A program made the position numbers and the translations under genes. 64,000 bases of DNA from an uncultured Chlamydiaceae bacterium (GTDB lineage Bacteria; Chlamydiota; Chlamydiia; Chlamydiales; JAAKFR01): positions 1,281,159-1,345,158 of the forward strand of contig CALNYX010000017.1 in the NCBI GenBank assembly GCA_942490925.1, given 5' to 3'. Under the pieces are notes generated by a model, which was not told where the DNA came from, made no database searches, and saw only the letters and a program-made list of their open reading frames with translations. Each line of letters begins with the position of its first letter. Position 1 is the stretch's first letter. This document shows, piece by piece, positions 9,994 through 20,276 of this stretch.

Positions 9994-11131
9994 TTTTAAT
10001 CGCTGTTACAAGACTTTCTACAGCTTTTGCATTCACTCCTGCAACATTAATCCGTCCATCTTGTGGCAAATAAATCGCATACTCTTCACGCAATCGATCT
10101 ACTTGTTTTGCACTCAGGCCGATATAGGAAAACATCCCGCACTGTTTTTCTAAAAATGTGGCTCCAAGCTGCTCCATCAAAAGCATACGCATCTGTGAAA
10201 TGCGCTCTCTCATCGATGTGAGCTCTGCAAGCCACTGCTCTTTTAACTGCGGATTCATCAAAATGAGTTTGACAACGCGTGCTCCATGACATGGGGGATT
10301 TGAATAAATACCGCGAATGATCACTTTGATCTGACTTCCCACTTCTGCAAGATGAAGTCCACACGCCACAAAAAGAGCGCCTGTCCTTTCAGCATAAAGC
10401 CCAAAAGATTTCGAATGTGAAACACAAACTGCAAACTGCATCCCCTCTTGTAAAAAGAGGCGGATTGCAAAAGCATCCTCAGTGACGCCATGCCCAAATC
10501 CTTGGTAAGCAAAATCAAATAGGATGAAGAGCTCTTTCTCTTTCACTTTTTGACAGATCTTTTCCCATTCGGCTACTGATGGATCACACCCTGTTGGATT
10601 GTGACAGGCCGGCTGTAACAAGAGTACGCTACCTCGCTCCATCGTGTTGATTGCCTGAATTGTTTTCTCCAAATCAAAACTGCGCGTCTCAGCATTATAG
10701 TAAGGGAAAGTTTCTGTTGTAAAGCCAGCATGGGTAAAGATACGTTCATGATTGTCCCACGTGGGATTGGAAACATAGAGCTTTGTAAAGCCGCTTTTCC
10801 TCAAAAACTCTGCGCAGATACGTAAAGCGCCTGTTCCACCAACAGTTTGAGTCCCATAGACAGCAGCCTCCGTTCCAAAGACGAGCTTGTTGGTCTCGCG
10901 CACATAGTCGGGATCTCCGTCGATTGGGAGATAGTCTTTGCTCTTTTCATCTCGTAAAAGAGCCTCTTCCGCTTTTTTTACGCTCGCAAAAAGATGGGGC
11001 TTAAGCTCATCTGTTTTATAGGTCCCAACCCCAGCATTGATCTTCTCTGGGCGGGTTTCCTCTTTAAAGGCAATATTGAGCCCTAATATTGGGTCTCTAG
11101 GGGCTAAAGAAATCTCTTCAAAAAAATCCAT
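9983..11131 (-). CDS. aspC: Aspartate/aromatic amino acid aminotransferase (class I)
   Basis: PRDPILGL...INAGVGTYK N-terminus, NPTGCDP, and SHSKSFGLYAERTGAL containing the PLP lysine. Confidence 0.9.
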   Translation of the reverse strand: MDFFEEISLAPRDPILGLNIAFKEETRPEKINAGVGTYKTDELKPHLFASVKKAEEALLRDEKSKDYLPIDGDPDYVRETNKLVFGTEAAVYGTQTVGGTGALRICAEFLRKSGFTKLYVSNPTWDNHERIFTHAGFTTETFPYYNAETRSFDLEKTIQAINTMERGSVLLLQPACHNPTGCDPSVAEWEKICQKVKEKELFILFDFAYQGFGHGVTEDAFAIRLFLQEGMQFAVCVSHSKSFGLYAERTGALFVACGLHLAEVGSQIKVIIRGIYSNPPCHGARVVKLILMNPQLKEQWLAELTSMRERISQMRMLLMEQLGATFLEKQCGMFSYIGLSAKQVDRLREEYAIYLPQDGRINVAGVNAKAVESLVTAIKRSL

Positions 11132-11201
11132 AAGCCGCGAAGCTTAGCAGAACTACCAATTGTTTTAAAACCTTTGAGCTGTTATTTTCCTCACTCCTTA
11201 T

Positions 11202-11274
11202 GGGGCGTTAGCTCAGTTGGTAGAGCGCAACAATGGCATTGTTGAGGTCAACGGTTCGACTCCGTTACGCTCCA
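11202..11274 (+). tRNA. tRNA-Ala (anticodon GGC)
   Basis: Hand-folded cloverleaf. Acceptor GGGGCGT/ACGCTCC has the G3:U70 alanine identity pair. Anticodon arm is CAACA-AT[GGC]AT-TGTTG, the T-loop is GGTTCGACTCC, and the discriminator is A. CCA is not encoded. Confidence 0.93.
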
Positions 11275-11324
11275 AAAAATCATTTACATTTCTTCTCTTT
11301 CTTTCCTATAGTATAATGATTGCC

Positions 11325-12554
11325 ATGAATAAGCGTTTTTTTTCCAATTTGCTCATTTTTGCTGCCATGGGAGTCGGTCTACTCACTGGGTGGATCAATA
11401 TTTCTTTTTTGAATCAGACGGCTCAGGTAACCTCTGATATTTTCCTCCGCCTCCTACAAATGATCAGTCTTCCTCTGATTTTCTTAGCGGTCGCCTCGAC
11501 TATTTCTGGAATGCGTGATTTTTCAGAGATCAAGCGGATGGGACGAAAAGTTCTCACTTATACGTTAGGGACAACGATCGCTGCAGCGACAATTGCGCTC
11601 ATTTTATTTCTAGTGATCTCTCCAGCAGGGCCAGCAGGTCATGTCAGTGGAGACATTGCTCCAGTTACGCGCCCGGAAGGCTCCTATCTCTCATTTGCTC
11701 TCAATATCGTCCCTTCAAATGTGATCACTGCTTTTGCTGAAGGTAACGTCATTGGTATTGTCTTTATGTCTCTTATCTTGAGTATTTCGACTCTCTTTCT
11801 GCCTTCAGAGCAAAAGGAGTTTTTGAACAAGCTTTTCTCTAGCTTGTTTGCTGCGATGCTCAAAATCACTGGGTTTATCATCAAGTTGATGCCACTGGCT
11901 GTTTGGGCTTTTGTGACGCTTTTGTTCAATGAGCTCAACCAAAACTATGCCCACTTCAACAGCCTCATTCTCTATCTTGTCTGTGTCATCAGCGCAAACC
12001 TGATTCAAGGGATTATAGTTCTTCCAATCATGTTGAAGGTAAAAGGGATCTCTCCATGGAAAGCTTTTAGAGCAATGAGTCCAGCATTGAGCATGGCCTT
12101 TTTCTCAAAATCCTCTAACGCTGCACTTCCAATCACAATGGAGTCGATTGAGAAAAATGCTGGCGTCTCTAAGAAAGTCTCGAGCTTCTCATTGCCACTC
12201 TGCTCTGTTGTGAACATGAATGGTTGTGCCGCTTTTATTTTGATCTCCACGCTCTTTGTTGCTTCATTGCATGGCATGACGTTTGGCACTCTGGACTATA
12301 TTGGCTGGATTTTCTTCGCAACACTTGCTGCTGTTGGAAACGCCGGTGTCCCAATGGGATGTTTCTTCCTCACAAGCGCTTTTCTTGTTGGAATGGATGT
12401 TCCGCTGATGATGATGGGATTGATTCTTCCTTTCTACGCCGTGATCGATATGGTCGAAACAGCTCTCAATGTCTGGTCTGACTCATGTGTCACCATGTCT
12501 ATCGATAAGGACTTGGTGTCTCAAGAAGACGCACTACCGATAGAAAGCGCCTAG
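11325..12554 (+). CDS. Dicarboxylate/amino acid:cation symporter (DAACS; GltP/SstT-like)
   Basis: Polytopic protein with DAACS-type motifs (SLPLIFLAV, VVNMNGCAAF, AAVGNAGVPMG). The ORF track start at 11217 overlaps tRNA-Ala, so the start was moved to ATG 11325 (MNKRFF); ATG 11316 is also possible. Confidence 0.85.
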   Translation: MNKRFFSNLLIFAAMGVGLLTGWINISFLNQTAQVTSDIFLRLLQMISLPLIFLAVASTISGMRDFSEIKRMGRKVLTYTLGTTIAAATIALILFLVISPAGPAGHVSGDIAPVTRPEGSYLSFALNIVPSNVITAFAEGNVIGIVFMSLILSISTLFLPSEQKEFLNKLFSSLFAAMLKITGFIIKLMPLAVWAFVTLLFNELNQNYAHFNSLILYLVCVISANLIQGIIVLPIMLKVKGISPWKAFRAMSPALSMAFFSKSSNAALPITMESIEKNAGVSKKVSSFSLPLCSVVNMNGCAAFILISTLFVASLHGMTFGTLDYIGWIFFATLAAVGNAGVPMGCFFLTSAFLVGMDVPLMMMGLILPFYAVIDMVETALNVWSDSCVTMSIDKDLVSQEDALPIESA

Positions 12555-14336
12555 TACTTCATGACAGTTTTCGACGGGAGAGAAGTGCGTTTGACACGTA
12601 GGTAGACTACGCAAAAATAGCCTCCCATACCCTTTTTTGACTAAACGACTATCGAGACAGATGACGCTTCCTCGATCTTTGTGATCGCGGATCAGTCGTC
12701 CAAATCCTTGCTTGAACTTCACGATTGCCTGCGGCAAAGAGTAGTCAAAAAAGGCAGAGCCTCCATCCGCTTCAATCTGCTCACAACGGGCTTGAAAGAG
12801 GGGATCCCCCGGAGCCTTGAATGGCAAACGCACAAGTATCACACAGTGGAGCTGAGGGCCAACCACATCAACTCCCTCCCAGAAGGAATCAGTTCCAAAA
12901 AGGACTGCCCCTTGCGTCTCACGAAATTTATCGAGCAGTTCAGTGCGCGAATGCTCACCCTGAATCAAAACGGGATATCCCTTCTCTTCGAGAGATTGTC
13001 GTAAAGCGGCTTGACAGCTGCGCAACATGGCATAGGAAGTGAAGAGCACAAAAGCATTGCCCTCACACTGTTCAACAGTTTTTTCGATCATCTCCTGGGC
13101 TTTTGGCAGAAAAGTCTCTTCGTTGGGTCCGGGAAAGTCTGTAGGAACAACGAGAAGGGATTGCTCTTCATAGTCAAAAGGACTGGCGTAAACTTGTTCT
13201 ACTGCTTCTTCTATTCCTAGTCGCCTCTTGATGAAAGAGAAGTTGTGATTCGTTGTTAGTGTCGCGCTACATAAGACCACTGTTGGAATCTTTTCAAATA
13301 GAGCCTCTGAAAGCATTGGAGCAATATCTAGATGGGCGGAGACAAGTGTTCCCTCTTCGACCCAACGGACTTGATTCTTTTCAATTGGAGTGAAAACAAA
13401 GTCATGTAAAAGCGAAAAAAGACGTGTCAGTTGGTTTGCTGCAGCGTTCAACTCAGCGCTTAGCCCGGGTTGCTGTGGATCCTCTTCAATCAGCAGCAAT
13501 GAGATAAAATCTTTGCTCGCTTCAACAACCGTTTCAACTGCTTTTTCCCACTGCTTGACATCTTTTTCTGCCACGCGAAAAACATCATTATGATGTCCAA
13601 TCTTTTGAAAAAGCGCTTCCATAGCATCAAGTAGCTCACGCTTTTTAGCCGGCATGGTTAGCTCATCTTGAGGAGCGAGCTTGTCCCACTTGAGCATTGC
13701 TTTCTCAATCAAGCGCTGCACCTTCTGACGATTCATGCGATCTGCAAAGTAGTCAGTTGCAACGTTTTCGACATGGTGCGCTTCATCGATGATCAAGCGT
13801 TGATAGGGGGGGAGCACTCTGTAGGTATCTTCTGTCTCAGCGCGAATGGCCAAATCAGCAAAGAGTAGATGGTGATTGACAATGATTAGGTGAGCCTCTT
13901 CCGCTGCTTTTTTCTGTTTGAAGTAGCTGCAATCCTTGTAAAACGGACATTTAGCATTTGTACAGCTATCTGAATCAGCATAGATTTCATCGGAGCCATC
14001 ATGCTCTTTACGCAAGCAGACATAATTCCCCATTCCTTTGAGCAAGATAATATTGAGATCCAGATTCAGGGCATCTAAAAGAAGCGGGATATCTTTCTTG
14101 AGGAGTTGCTCTTGTAGCGCGATTGTGTGCGTTGAGATGACTGTTGGCTCACCGTGCTCTTTTGCCCAGAGAAGAGCCGGCAGCAGATAGGCAACACTTT
14201 TTCCAATGCCCGTGCCAGCTTCAACTAAAAGAGTTTGATTCTCTAAATAGGCTTCATGAACATTTTGCAACATCCCTTCTTGTCCGGGACGCTCATCAAA
14301 ATCTTCAATGAGTTCACTCAGTTTCAAGGAGGTCAA
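12534..14336 (-). CDS. dinG: ATP-dependent DNA helicase, DinG/XPD (Rad3-related) family
   Basis: Walker [14 protein letters not shown] box, a four-Cys Fe-S insert (CLRK...[12 protein letters not shown]), and [10 protein letters not shown] in the C-terminal helicase domain. Confidence 0.85.
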   Translation of the reverse strand: MTSLKLSELIEDFDERPGQEGMLQNVHEAYLENQTLLVEAGTGIGKSVAYLLPALLWAKEHGEPTVISTHTIALQEQLLKKDIPLLLDALNLDLNIILLKGMGNYVCLRKEHDGSDEIYADSDSCTNAKCPFYKDCSYFKQKKAAEEAHLIIVNHHLLFADLAIRAETEDTYRVLPPYQRLIIDEAHHVENVATDYFADRMNRQKVQRLIEKAMLKWDKLAPQDELTMPAKKRELLDAMEALFQKIGHHNDVFRVAEKDVKQWEKAVETVVEASKDFISLLLIEEDPQQPGLSAELNAAANQLTRLFSLLHDFVFTPIEKNQVRWVEEGTLVSAHLDIAPMLSEALFEKIPTVVLCSATLTTNHNFSFIKRRLGIEEAVEQVYASPFDYEEQSLLVVPTDFPGPNEETFLPKAQEMIEKTVEQCEGNAFVLFTSYAMLRSCQAALRQSLEEKGYPVLIQGEHSRTELLDKFRETQGAVLFGTDSFWEGVDVVGPQLHCVILVRLPFKAPGDPLFQARCEQIEADGGSAFFDYSLPQAIVKFKQGFGRLIRDHKDRGSVICLDSRLVKKGYGRLFLRSLPTCQTHFSPVENCHEVLGAFYR

Positions 14337-15978
14337 GGAAAGCTCTCAGCTGCTTAGATCGTATAGGATGACGCATTTTTCGTAGGGCCTTAGCTTCGAT
14401 TTGGCGAATTCGCTCACGGGTAACATTGAAAGCAACTCCCACTTCTTCAAGAGTCTTGGGCTTACCATCAAGCAGACCAAAGCGTTGGATCAATACCACA
14501 CGCTCTCGCTCTGTTAGAGTGGTAAGGACTTCATTCATCTTGTCTTTCAAGATTGAATAGCCTGTCGCTTCAGCAGGAGACTCGACCCCTGTGTCTTCAA
14601 GGAAATCACCGAACTGGCTCTCGCCACCCTCACCCACTTCTGCTTGTAAGGAGATTGGATGCTGCGCAATTTTATAGATCTCGCGCACTCTTTCAGGAGT
14701 GATGCCAAGCTCATTGGCCAGCTCTTCAGGTGTCGGTTCTCGCCCTGTCTCCATCATCAACTTCTTCGCGCCTCTCAGCACTTTGTTGATGGTTTCGATC
14801 ATATGGACAGGAATTCGGATGGTACGTGCTTGGTCAGCGATTGCACGGGTTACAGCTTGTCTGATCCACCACGTGGCGTAGGTTGAAAATTTGTATCCAC
14901 GACGGTATTCAAATTTTTCAACAGCCTTCATCAGACCCATATTCCCTTCTTGAATGAGATCCAAGAAAGAGAGCCCGCGGTTTGTGTACTTTTTCGCAAT
15001 CGAGATCACTAAGCGAAGGTTTGATTCTACCATCTCCCGTTTCGCTTCTTGGCTCTTATCCATCCAGCGTTGCAACATGCGCACATCTTTTTTGAACTCG
15101 TCAAGCGTGCGTCCAGCTGCAACTTCTCGTTTTTCAAGTTTGCGCCTTGAAGCCGTCAATTTTGCAGCTGCAAATTTATTCCGTTCAGCGCGTCCAGTTA
15201 GCTCACTAATTTCTTTTTCAAGTTGTAAAAAACGGTCATAGGCACGGAAAACAACTTCGGCAAAGTCATCGATGATATTGTGGCGATAGTGAAAGCGACC
15301 TAGATAGGCTTGCGCTCGAATTCGACATTTTTCAAGCTCATCACTCAGTTTGGCTCGTTTATCCTTTTTGAGCTTTGGATCGCGGAGCTGAATGAGAATT
15401 CCACGTAGAACAAGGTCTTCTTTCTGCAAGAGCTCGGAGAGTCTTGGAAGCAGTTTTAGGTAGGCATTTTTATCCTCGACCTCTTTTTCAGAGACAACCT
15501 TATCAAAGCGATCTTTACCTGCAATCAGCGAAGCAATGATTGAAATCGTCTCTTTTGAGGCATAACGAAAACGCATGATGATACGCTCAATTTGAGCCTG
15601 GGCCTTTTCGATCCTCTTGGAGATCTCAACTTCCTCTTCACGTGTCAGAAGAGGGACTGATCCCATCTCTTTCAAGTACATGCGAACAGGATCGTCAGGG
15701 GTACCTTCAGCACGCTTGGCAATCCCTTCGAGCTCTTTGGCCTCTTTTTTCCGTTCTTTTTGTCTTTCGACATCAGCCTGATTGAGAATTTGGATATCCA
15801 TTCCCGCGAGATAAATCAACACCTGATCGATCTGCTCAGGGTTGTCAAAATTCATCGGGAGAATCTCATTGATCTCCTCATAGGTGACAAACCCCTGCTC
15901 TTTTGCAAGAGCTACGAGCTCCTCAGTTTTTTGTTGAAATTCGTCGCTGGACTCAGAAGAAGATTGTTTTTTAGCCAT
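14314..15978 (-). CDS. rpoD: RNA polymerase primary sigma factor (chlamydial sigma-66 type)
   Basis: Regions 1.2 to 4 are all present ([55 protein letters not shown]). Long blocks match my recollection of Chlamydia sigma-66. Confidence 0.97.
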   Translation of the reverse strand: MAKKQSSSESSDEFQQKTEELVALAKEQGFVTYEEINEILPMNFDNPEQIDQVLIYLAGMDIQILNQADVERQKERKKEAKELEGIAKRAEGTPDDPVRMYLKEMGSVPLLTREEEVEISKRIEKAQAQIERIIMRFRYASKETISIIASLIAGKDRFDKVVSEKEVEDKNAYLKLLPRLSELLQKEDLVLRGILIQLRDPKLKKDKRAKLSDELEKCRIRAQAYLGRFHYRHNIIDDFAEVVFRAYDRFLQLEKEISELTGRAERNKFAAAKLTASRRKLEKREVAAGRTLDEFKKDVRMLQRWMDKSQEAKREMVESNLRLVISIAKKYTNRGLSFLDLIQEGNMGLMKAVEKFEYRRGYKFSTYATWWIRQAVTRAIADQARTIRIPVHMIETINKVLRGAKKLMMETGREPTPEELANELGITPERVREIYKIAQHPISLQAEVGEGGESQFGDFLEDTGVESPAEATGYSILKDKMNEVLTTLTERERVVLIQRFGLLDGKPKTLEEVGVAFNVTRERIRQIEAKALRKMRHPIRSKQLRAFLDLLETE

Positions 15979-16030
15979 GAACCTTTAAAATCTGTGTAAA
16001 AACGCCTTACTATACCTATTAACGGACTTT

Positions 16031-16705
16031 ATGCAAACTCTTGCGTGGGATAAAAAAGGAAATTACATCACAGCTGCTGAAGCTCAGCGTGGTGTGCTCT
16101 ACCAATGCCCTGAATGTCACACAACTCTTCGTGCTCGTTGCGGCTCTCAAAGGCGTCACCACTTCTATCATACAACTTCTTCGCGCTGCCGCTTGCGTCA
16201 ACGCTCTGTTTTTCACCGCAAAATTCAAAATTTTATCCTACAACAACTTGCTCCAGAGCCCATTGTACTCGAACACCCCTTTCCCTCCATCGGCCGCATT
16301 GCCGATATCGTCTGGCCTGCTCACAATTTAGTCATCGAAATTCAATGCTCTTCCATTCGGGCGGAAGAAGTTAAAAAACGGATGAGTGATTATGCTGAAG
16401 CGGGCTATCGAGTGATTTGGATTCTGCACGACCATCGATTTAATCGCCACACCCTATCTGATGCCGAGGTCTTCCTACAAGACCATCCTCACTTTTTTAT
16501 CTCCAACCATCTCTTTCTCTACCAACAACTAGCCAAAATACGAGGCAATCGACGCCTTGAGCGCTCCCCACGCTTTGCTCTTCGCCCCAGAGAACTCATC
16601 AATCCACCTAGTAGAACTTGGACAGCTTCCCCAAAACAAAAGAGGCTTGGCTTCAATCCCTTTCGTATCATTTTCAATCATTTACTCGAGAAAAGGTGTA
16701 ATTAG
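16031..16705 (+). CDS. CoiA-like competence/nuclease family protein
   Basis: An N-terminal zinc-finger-like segment (YQCPECHTTL...HHFYH) is followed by a PD-(D/E)xK-like core (RIADIVWP...LVIEIQCSSI) and GYRVIWIL. This is the CoiA family pattern. Confidence 0.6.
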   Translation: MQTLAWDKKGNYITAAEAQRGVLYQCPECHTTLRARCGSQRRHHFYHTTSSRCRLRQRSVFHRKIQNFILQQLAPEPIVLEHPFPSIGRIADIVWPAHNLVIEIQCSSIRAEEVKKRMSDYAEAGYRVIWILHDHRFNRHTLSDAEVFLQDHPHFFISNHLFLYQQLAKIRGNRRLERSPRFALRPRELINPPSRTWTASPKQKRLGFNPFRIIFNHLLEKRCN

Positions 16706-17883
16706 AGAGTCATCATGCCGATCAAATAGTTGGCAAATGGCCCTTTTGAAATGAGACCCATATAGCAATCAGCAGAGACCTCTTCATTCAGCTTAGAGCG
16801 CAGCACCAAACGGAGCTTCTTCTCCTTGTCATGGGAAATCTCGTTTAAAGCCTTATTCCACTCATTTTGGCCAGCAACAACAATCTGTGAAAAATCTTTC
16901 ATGAACTTCTCGCCACTCCAGCCTAGTGTATTTTTAACCATGCTATTGACGAACAAGAACCGGTTTTCAAATTGGGAGTAGACAAACAAAATGCCCCCTG
17001 TCTCCTCACGCAAGTGGTCAAACAGTGGACGCAGATCAATCGCATACTGATTTGCCGAACTATTTAGGAATCGTCCACCTAAGTGATCTGCTCCAGTAAA
17101 TCTTTCAGCCATCTCTAAATAACGATTCAATTGGAGAGAAACATCATAGGGCTTATGCTTTGGCACTTCAAAAGGAATTGCGCTTTGCTGAGGCTCTTCA
17201 AGCTGCAATAATCCGCGAATCTCATGCATCAAATCACGCACTTTTCCCTCAAGATTTGAGACATATCCCTGCTTCTTCTCGATGATCATGCGTTGCTCAC
17301 CAATTGTATGTTGATAATCAGCTAAAACAGAATCTTTGTGCTTCACTTGGTTTTGCGTTTCAGCCTTATACCGTTCATACTCCTCTTCTAATCGGGTGTA
17401 CTCGATACGTAAATCTTCAAATTCGAGATAAGCTTGGCGCATCTGTTCGAGCTTCTTATCCATCTCAAGATTGAGCTCGATCACCTGCTCCTTGCTCTTA
17501 GCAACAGACGACTGTAGAAGATCTATTTGATGTTCATAACCGCGTCTTGCTTGAGCCAATTCCACCTTACAATTCTCAAGCTCATGAGAAGGGTGAGACT
17601 CCATCCGCTGCAGTTTTTCTTGAACAAGCTCTCGCACTTTCCACTGCATCTTCTGTTCCCAGCTACGTAGTAAAAGCCATCCAGCTGCAGAGGCACAGAT
17701 CAACACACCACAACTTGCAAGAAAAAGGACACGCCCATCATTTTCGCTAAGAAGCGAAAGAGCACAAGCCACTGTGAAAAAAACTGGCAAACAGAGACAA
17801 AGAAGCAGCAACATCCGGAAACGACGACGTCCCCACATAAAAACCCATCTAGGACGTACAACTGAGGAGCTAATCTCTTCCAT
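16702..17883 (-). CDS. Membrane-anchored coiled-coil protein with a bilobed hydrophobic domain (candidate Inc-type protein)
   Basis: Two hydrophobic segments, LLLLCLCLPVFFTVACALSLL and LFLASCGVLICASAAGWLLL, are separated by a 7-aa loop near the N-terminus. About 170 aa of heptad-rich coiled coil and a globular C-terminal domain follow. Confidence 0.6.
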   Translation of the reverse strand: MEEISSSVVRPRWVFMWGRRRFRMLLLLCLCLPVFFTVACALSLLSENDGRVLFLASCGVLICASAAGWLLLRSWEQKMQWKVRELVQEKLQRMESHPSHELENCKVELAQARRGYEHQIDLLQSSVAKSKEQVIELNLEMDKKLEQMRQAYLEFEDLRIEYTRLEEEYERYKAETQNQVKHKDSVLADYQHTIGEQRMIIEKKQGYVSNLEGKVRDLMHEIRGLLQLEEPQQSAIPFEVPKHKPYDVSLQLNRYLEMAERFTGADHLGGRFLNSSANQYAIDLRPLFDHLREETGGILFVYSQFENRFLFVNSMVKNTLGWSGEKFMKDFSQIVVAGQNEWNKALNEISHDKEKKLRLVLRSKLNEEVSADCYMGLISKGPFANYLIGMMTL

Positions 17884-17904
17884 AATTTTAGGTTCCCTTT
17901 TTCG

Positions 17905-18744
17905 TTAAAGGATCGAAATGAGAATCTTGATTCTACTCACACTTAAACGGCATCCTCGCGGATTTCTTGCCGAAAGTGGTTCGATACACACGAAAGACGA
18001 GCCATTTGGATGCCAAAGCTGCCAAGAATTTTCCTCGTTCTCTGACCAGTACTGCACACGTAGTTGATGAGAAGCAGTTTCCATCAAAACTGCCCCATGA
18101 GAAAAATCAGGAGAGGGAAGAAAGCCGTAGTCCGCTGGTTCCTTCAAATCAAAAACGAGCTCATTGTTAGAATAGTTCCACGTGGAAGGAATCGGTTTGA
18201 ATGTTCCCATATCATTGTAGCTCTCTTGGACATGTGAACGGACAACACCCTGTCCATCTGCCAATGCATAATAGGTGTGCAAGCCCACGACTGATTCTGT
18301 ATCACTTACCACAGAAAGCTCAATTTGTAGACCCTCATCGACTAATTGCGCTTGATATGTCATCTTAAAATCTTGACCTTCAAGATCTTTTAAACTTACA
18401 CCCTGCCACTGATCACTTCCTTTTAATTCAGCTGAAAGATGTTTTTCATCTTGAGAGACCACCGTCCAAGGAGCATACCGCCCAATCCCATGCGAAAAAG
18501 GCTCATCCGTGCCGGGCCTTGTAAACGGGAATTTCGAAGGATCAGCAAGCTTTGGAATCACACTAGGATTACGATGGTGAAAATGAGGTCCGATCATCGC
18601 ACCTAAACCAGCGCGCCTCGTTTCAAAAAGCTCATAGGTCGACTGGTCAATCGCCTCCACATCCCCCTTTTTTAGGCTCACAAAATTCATCCCTTTCTCA
18701 GGGATAAATTGGGCTGTATACCCTTGATGCTTCAACTCAACCAC
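17905..18744 (-). CDS. Aldose 1-epimerase (galactose mutarotase)-like protein
   Basis: Family-type motifs SHGIGRYAPWTV, GLHTYYAL and FVCIEPLSA. Confidence 0.58.
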   Translation of the reverse strand: MVELKHQGYTAQFIPEKGMNFVSLKKGDVEAIDQSTYELFETRRAGLGAMIGPHFHHRNPSVIPKLADPSKFPFTRPGTDEPFSHGIGRYAPWTVVSQDEKHLSAELKGSDQWQGVSLKDLEGQDFKMTYQAQLVDEGLQIELSVVSDTESVVGLHTYYALADGQGVVRSHVQESYNDMGTFKPIPSTWNYSNNELVFDLKEPADYGFLPSPDFSHGAVLMETASHQLRVQYWSENEENSWQLWHPNGSSFVCIEPLSARNPRGCRLSVSRIKILISIL

Positions 18745-19183
18745 GTACTCTTCCTCCTACAAATAAACCTAATCCAATGAAATAGAGCGAAAGGCCGACT
18801 AAGACAATTCCCGACAAGGTCGACTTGTAAGGAAATTTTTTACTTAACGTCGAGCGCATGGGCTCTCTTTGGTCATACCACGCCATCCAAGAACTTTTTT
18901 CAAACCGCTCCAACCCCTGTTCAGCCGACCACGGGTTCTTAAAGGGGTCTCCCACAGGGCTCATTCCTCCAATTTTCTCTTCGTCATACTCAAAAAAATA
19001 GGTAGCAAAAATTTGATAAAGCCCCCCTTTTTGCTCTCTAATCTCCCATTTTTCGACCGTTACAGGGACCTGTTGGTCTAAATGGTAGTAGCGCACTAGC
19101 TGAATCGCCCCACGCCCCCCAAAAAAGAGCGTTGCGCCCACAACAAATGCTAAGAAGATCATCCATACGCCATTTCTATGCAT
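18737..19183 (-). CDS. Small membrane protein, DUF3592-like (TM - beta-rich domain - TM)
   Basis: N- and C-terminal hydrophobic segments flank a soluble domain. It overlaps the downstream gene by 8 nt and is divergent from rpsT. Confidence 0.55.
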   Translation of the reverse strand: MHRNGVWMIFLAFVVGATLFFGGRGAIQLVRYYHLDQQVPVTVEKWEIREQKGGLYQIFATYFFEYDEEKIGGMSPVGDPFKNPWSAEQGLERFEKSSWMAWYDQREPMRSTLSKKFPYKSTLSGIVLVGLSLYFIGLGLFVGGRVRG

Positions 19184-19262
19184 ACCTAATGGTATACCAA
19201 GTTCCGTACTTTACGAATAACCCTAAATTTGCTAAACTAGGAGGCTAAACAAAGGAAATTCA

Positions 19263-19553
19263 ATGGCAGACGAGAAAAAGACCCCTAAAAAAAGACGCGC
19301 AACAGCAGAAAAGCGTGAGCTTCAAAATGAAAAAAAACGTTTACAAAACAAAGTTTTTAAATCTCAAGTTCGCACAGCAATGCGTCAATTTGAAACAGTA
19401 TTGAAAGAGAATGACCAAGCAAACGTCACTTCTCAGCTTTCTACACTTTATAGTCTTATGGACAAGGGTGTTAAACGAGGTGTTTACAAAAAGAATAAAG
19501 CAAGCCGCTCAAAGCTACGTATTTCAAAACGCGTTGCCCAAGCAGCATCTTAG
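19263..19553 (+). CDS. rpsT: 30S ribosomal protein S20
   Basis: Basic 96-aa protein (TAEKRELQNEKKRLQNKVFKSQVRTAMRQF...) typical of S20. An AGGAGG-like sequence lies upstream. Confidence 0.93.
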   Translation: MADEKKTPKKRRATAEKRELQNEKKRLQNKVFKSQVRTAMRQFETVLKENDQANVTSQLSTLYSLMDKGVKRGVYKKNKASRSKLRISKRVAQAAS

Positions 19554-19562
19554 GAGTCAACT

Positions 19563-20276
19563 ATGAGCTTATGTGGTTCAATTAGACAGAGTTATGCAAG
19601 AGGCCCAAGTCTATGGCTTTCAAAAGTTGACCAGGCAGCCGATGTCGCATCTCGCGCAACACAATCAGTCCTAGGCGCGACAACGATTGCGCATCATATT
19701 GGACATCGCTCGATTGGTCTAAATCAAACACATAGTGTTACAAGACAAATTGATGGTTTTCTCGGAGTTTTCCGAACCGGTTGTAGCATTGAAAAAGCTG
19801 TGAGTGGCCGAGCCTTTTTTGTAACTAACCCTGATGGCTCGTTTAAAGTAAAAGATGGGCATTATGTTAGACGTGGTTGGCTTGATGTCTCGATTAATGT
19901 CTCCATTTTAGCGGCCCGATGCGTTACAACAACAAGTTACTTAGAGGGGAAAAAAGCCTTCAGTTTAGGTGCTCATTCAAGAGGGATTGGACATGCGATT
20001 GGTGGACTTTGGACTCTTGTCAGTTCACTTTGTTTAATGAGTTCATTAAAGGCATTGTTCAATGCTGACACATGGAAAAATTGGGCTAAACAGCTAGCAG
20101 CTACGATTGCCTCGACGTTCGAATTAGCCTCTTCTATCTTTGAGGTTTCTTGTGTAAGCCAGTCATCACCTGCTTTGGGTATTGCAGGTGGAGCTCTTTC
20201 ACTTGCAACAGGACTCAGCTGGCTAGTTTACGAACTAGGCTGGGGAGACCTCTCACCTTGTGCAGATGCTGCTTAA
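19563..20276 (+). CDS. Hypothetical protein with C-terminal hydrophobic segments
   Basis: 237-aa ORF starting 9 nt after rpsT. I recognise no family. Hydrophobic stretches include GGLWTLVSSLCLMSSL and ALGIAGGALSLATGLSWLV. Confidence 0.5.
   Translation: MSLCGSIRQSYARGPSLWLSKVDQAADVASRATQSVLGATTIAHHIGHRSIGLNQTHSVTRQIDGFLGVFRTGCSIEKAVSGRAFFVTNPDGSFKVKDGHYVRRGWLDVSINVSILAARCVTTTSYLEGKKAFSLGAHSRGIGHAIGGLWTLVSSLCLMSSLKALFNADTWKNWAKQLAATIASTFELASSIFEVSCVSQSSPALGIAGGALSLATGLSWLVYELGWGDLSPCADAA

Noticed and set aside
11217-11324. N-terminal extension of the GltP-like ORF (MVERNNGIVEVNGSTPLRS...).
   Set aside because: These codons are the tRNA-Ala gene read as protein. The real start must lie downstream, at ATG 11316 or 11325.
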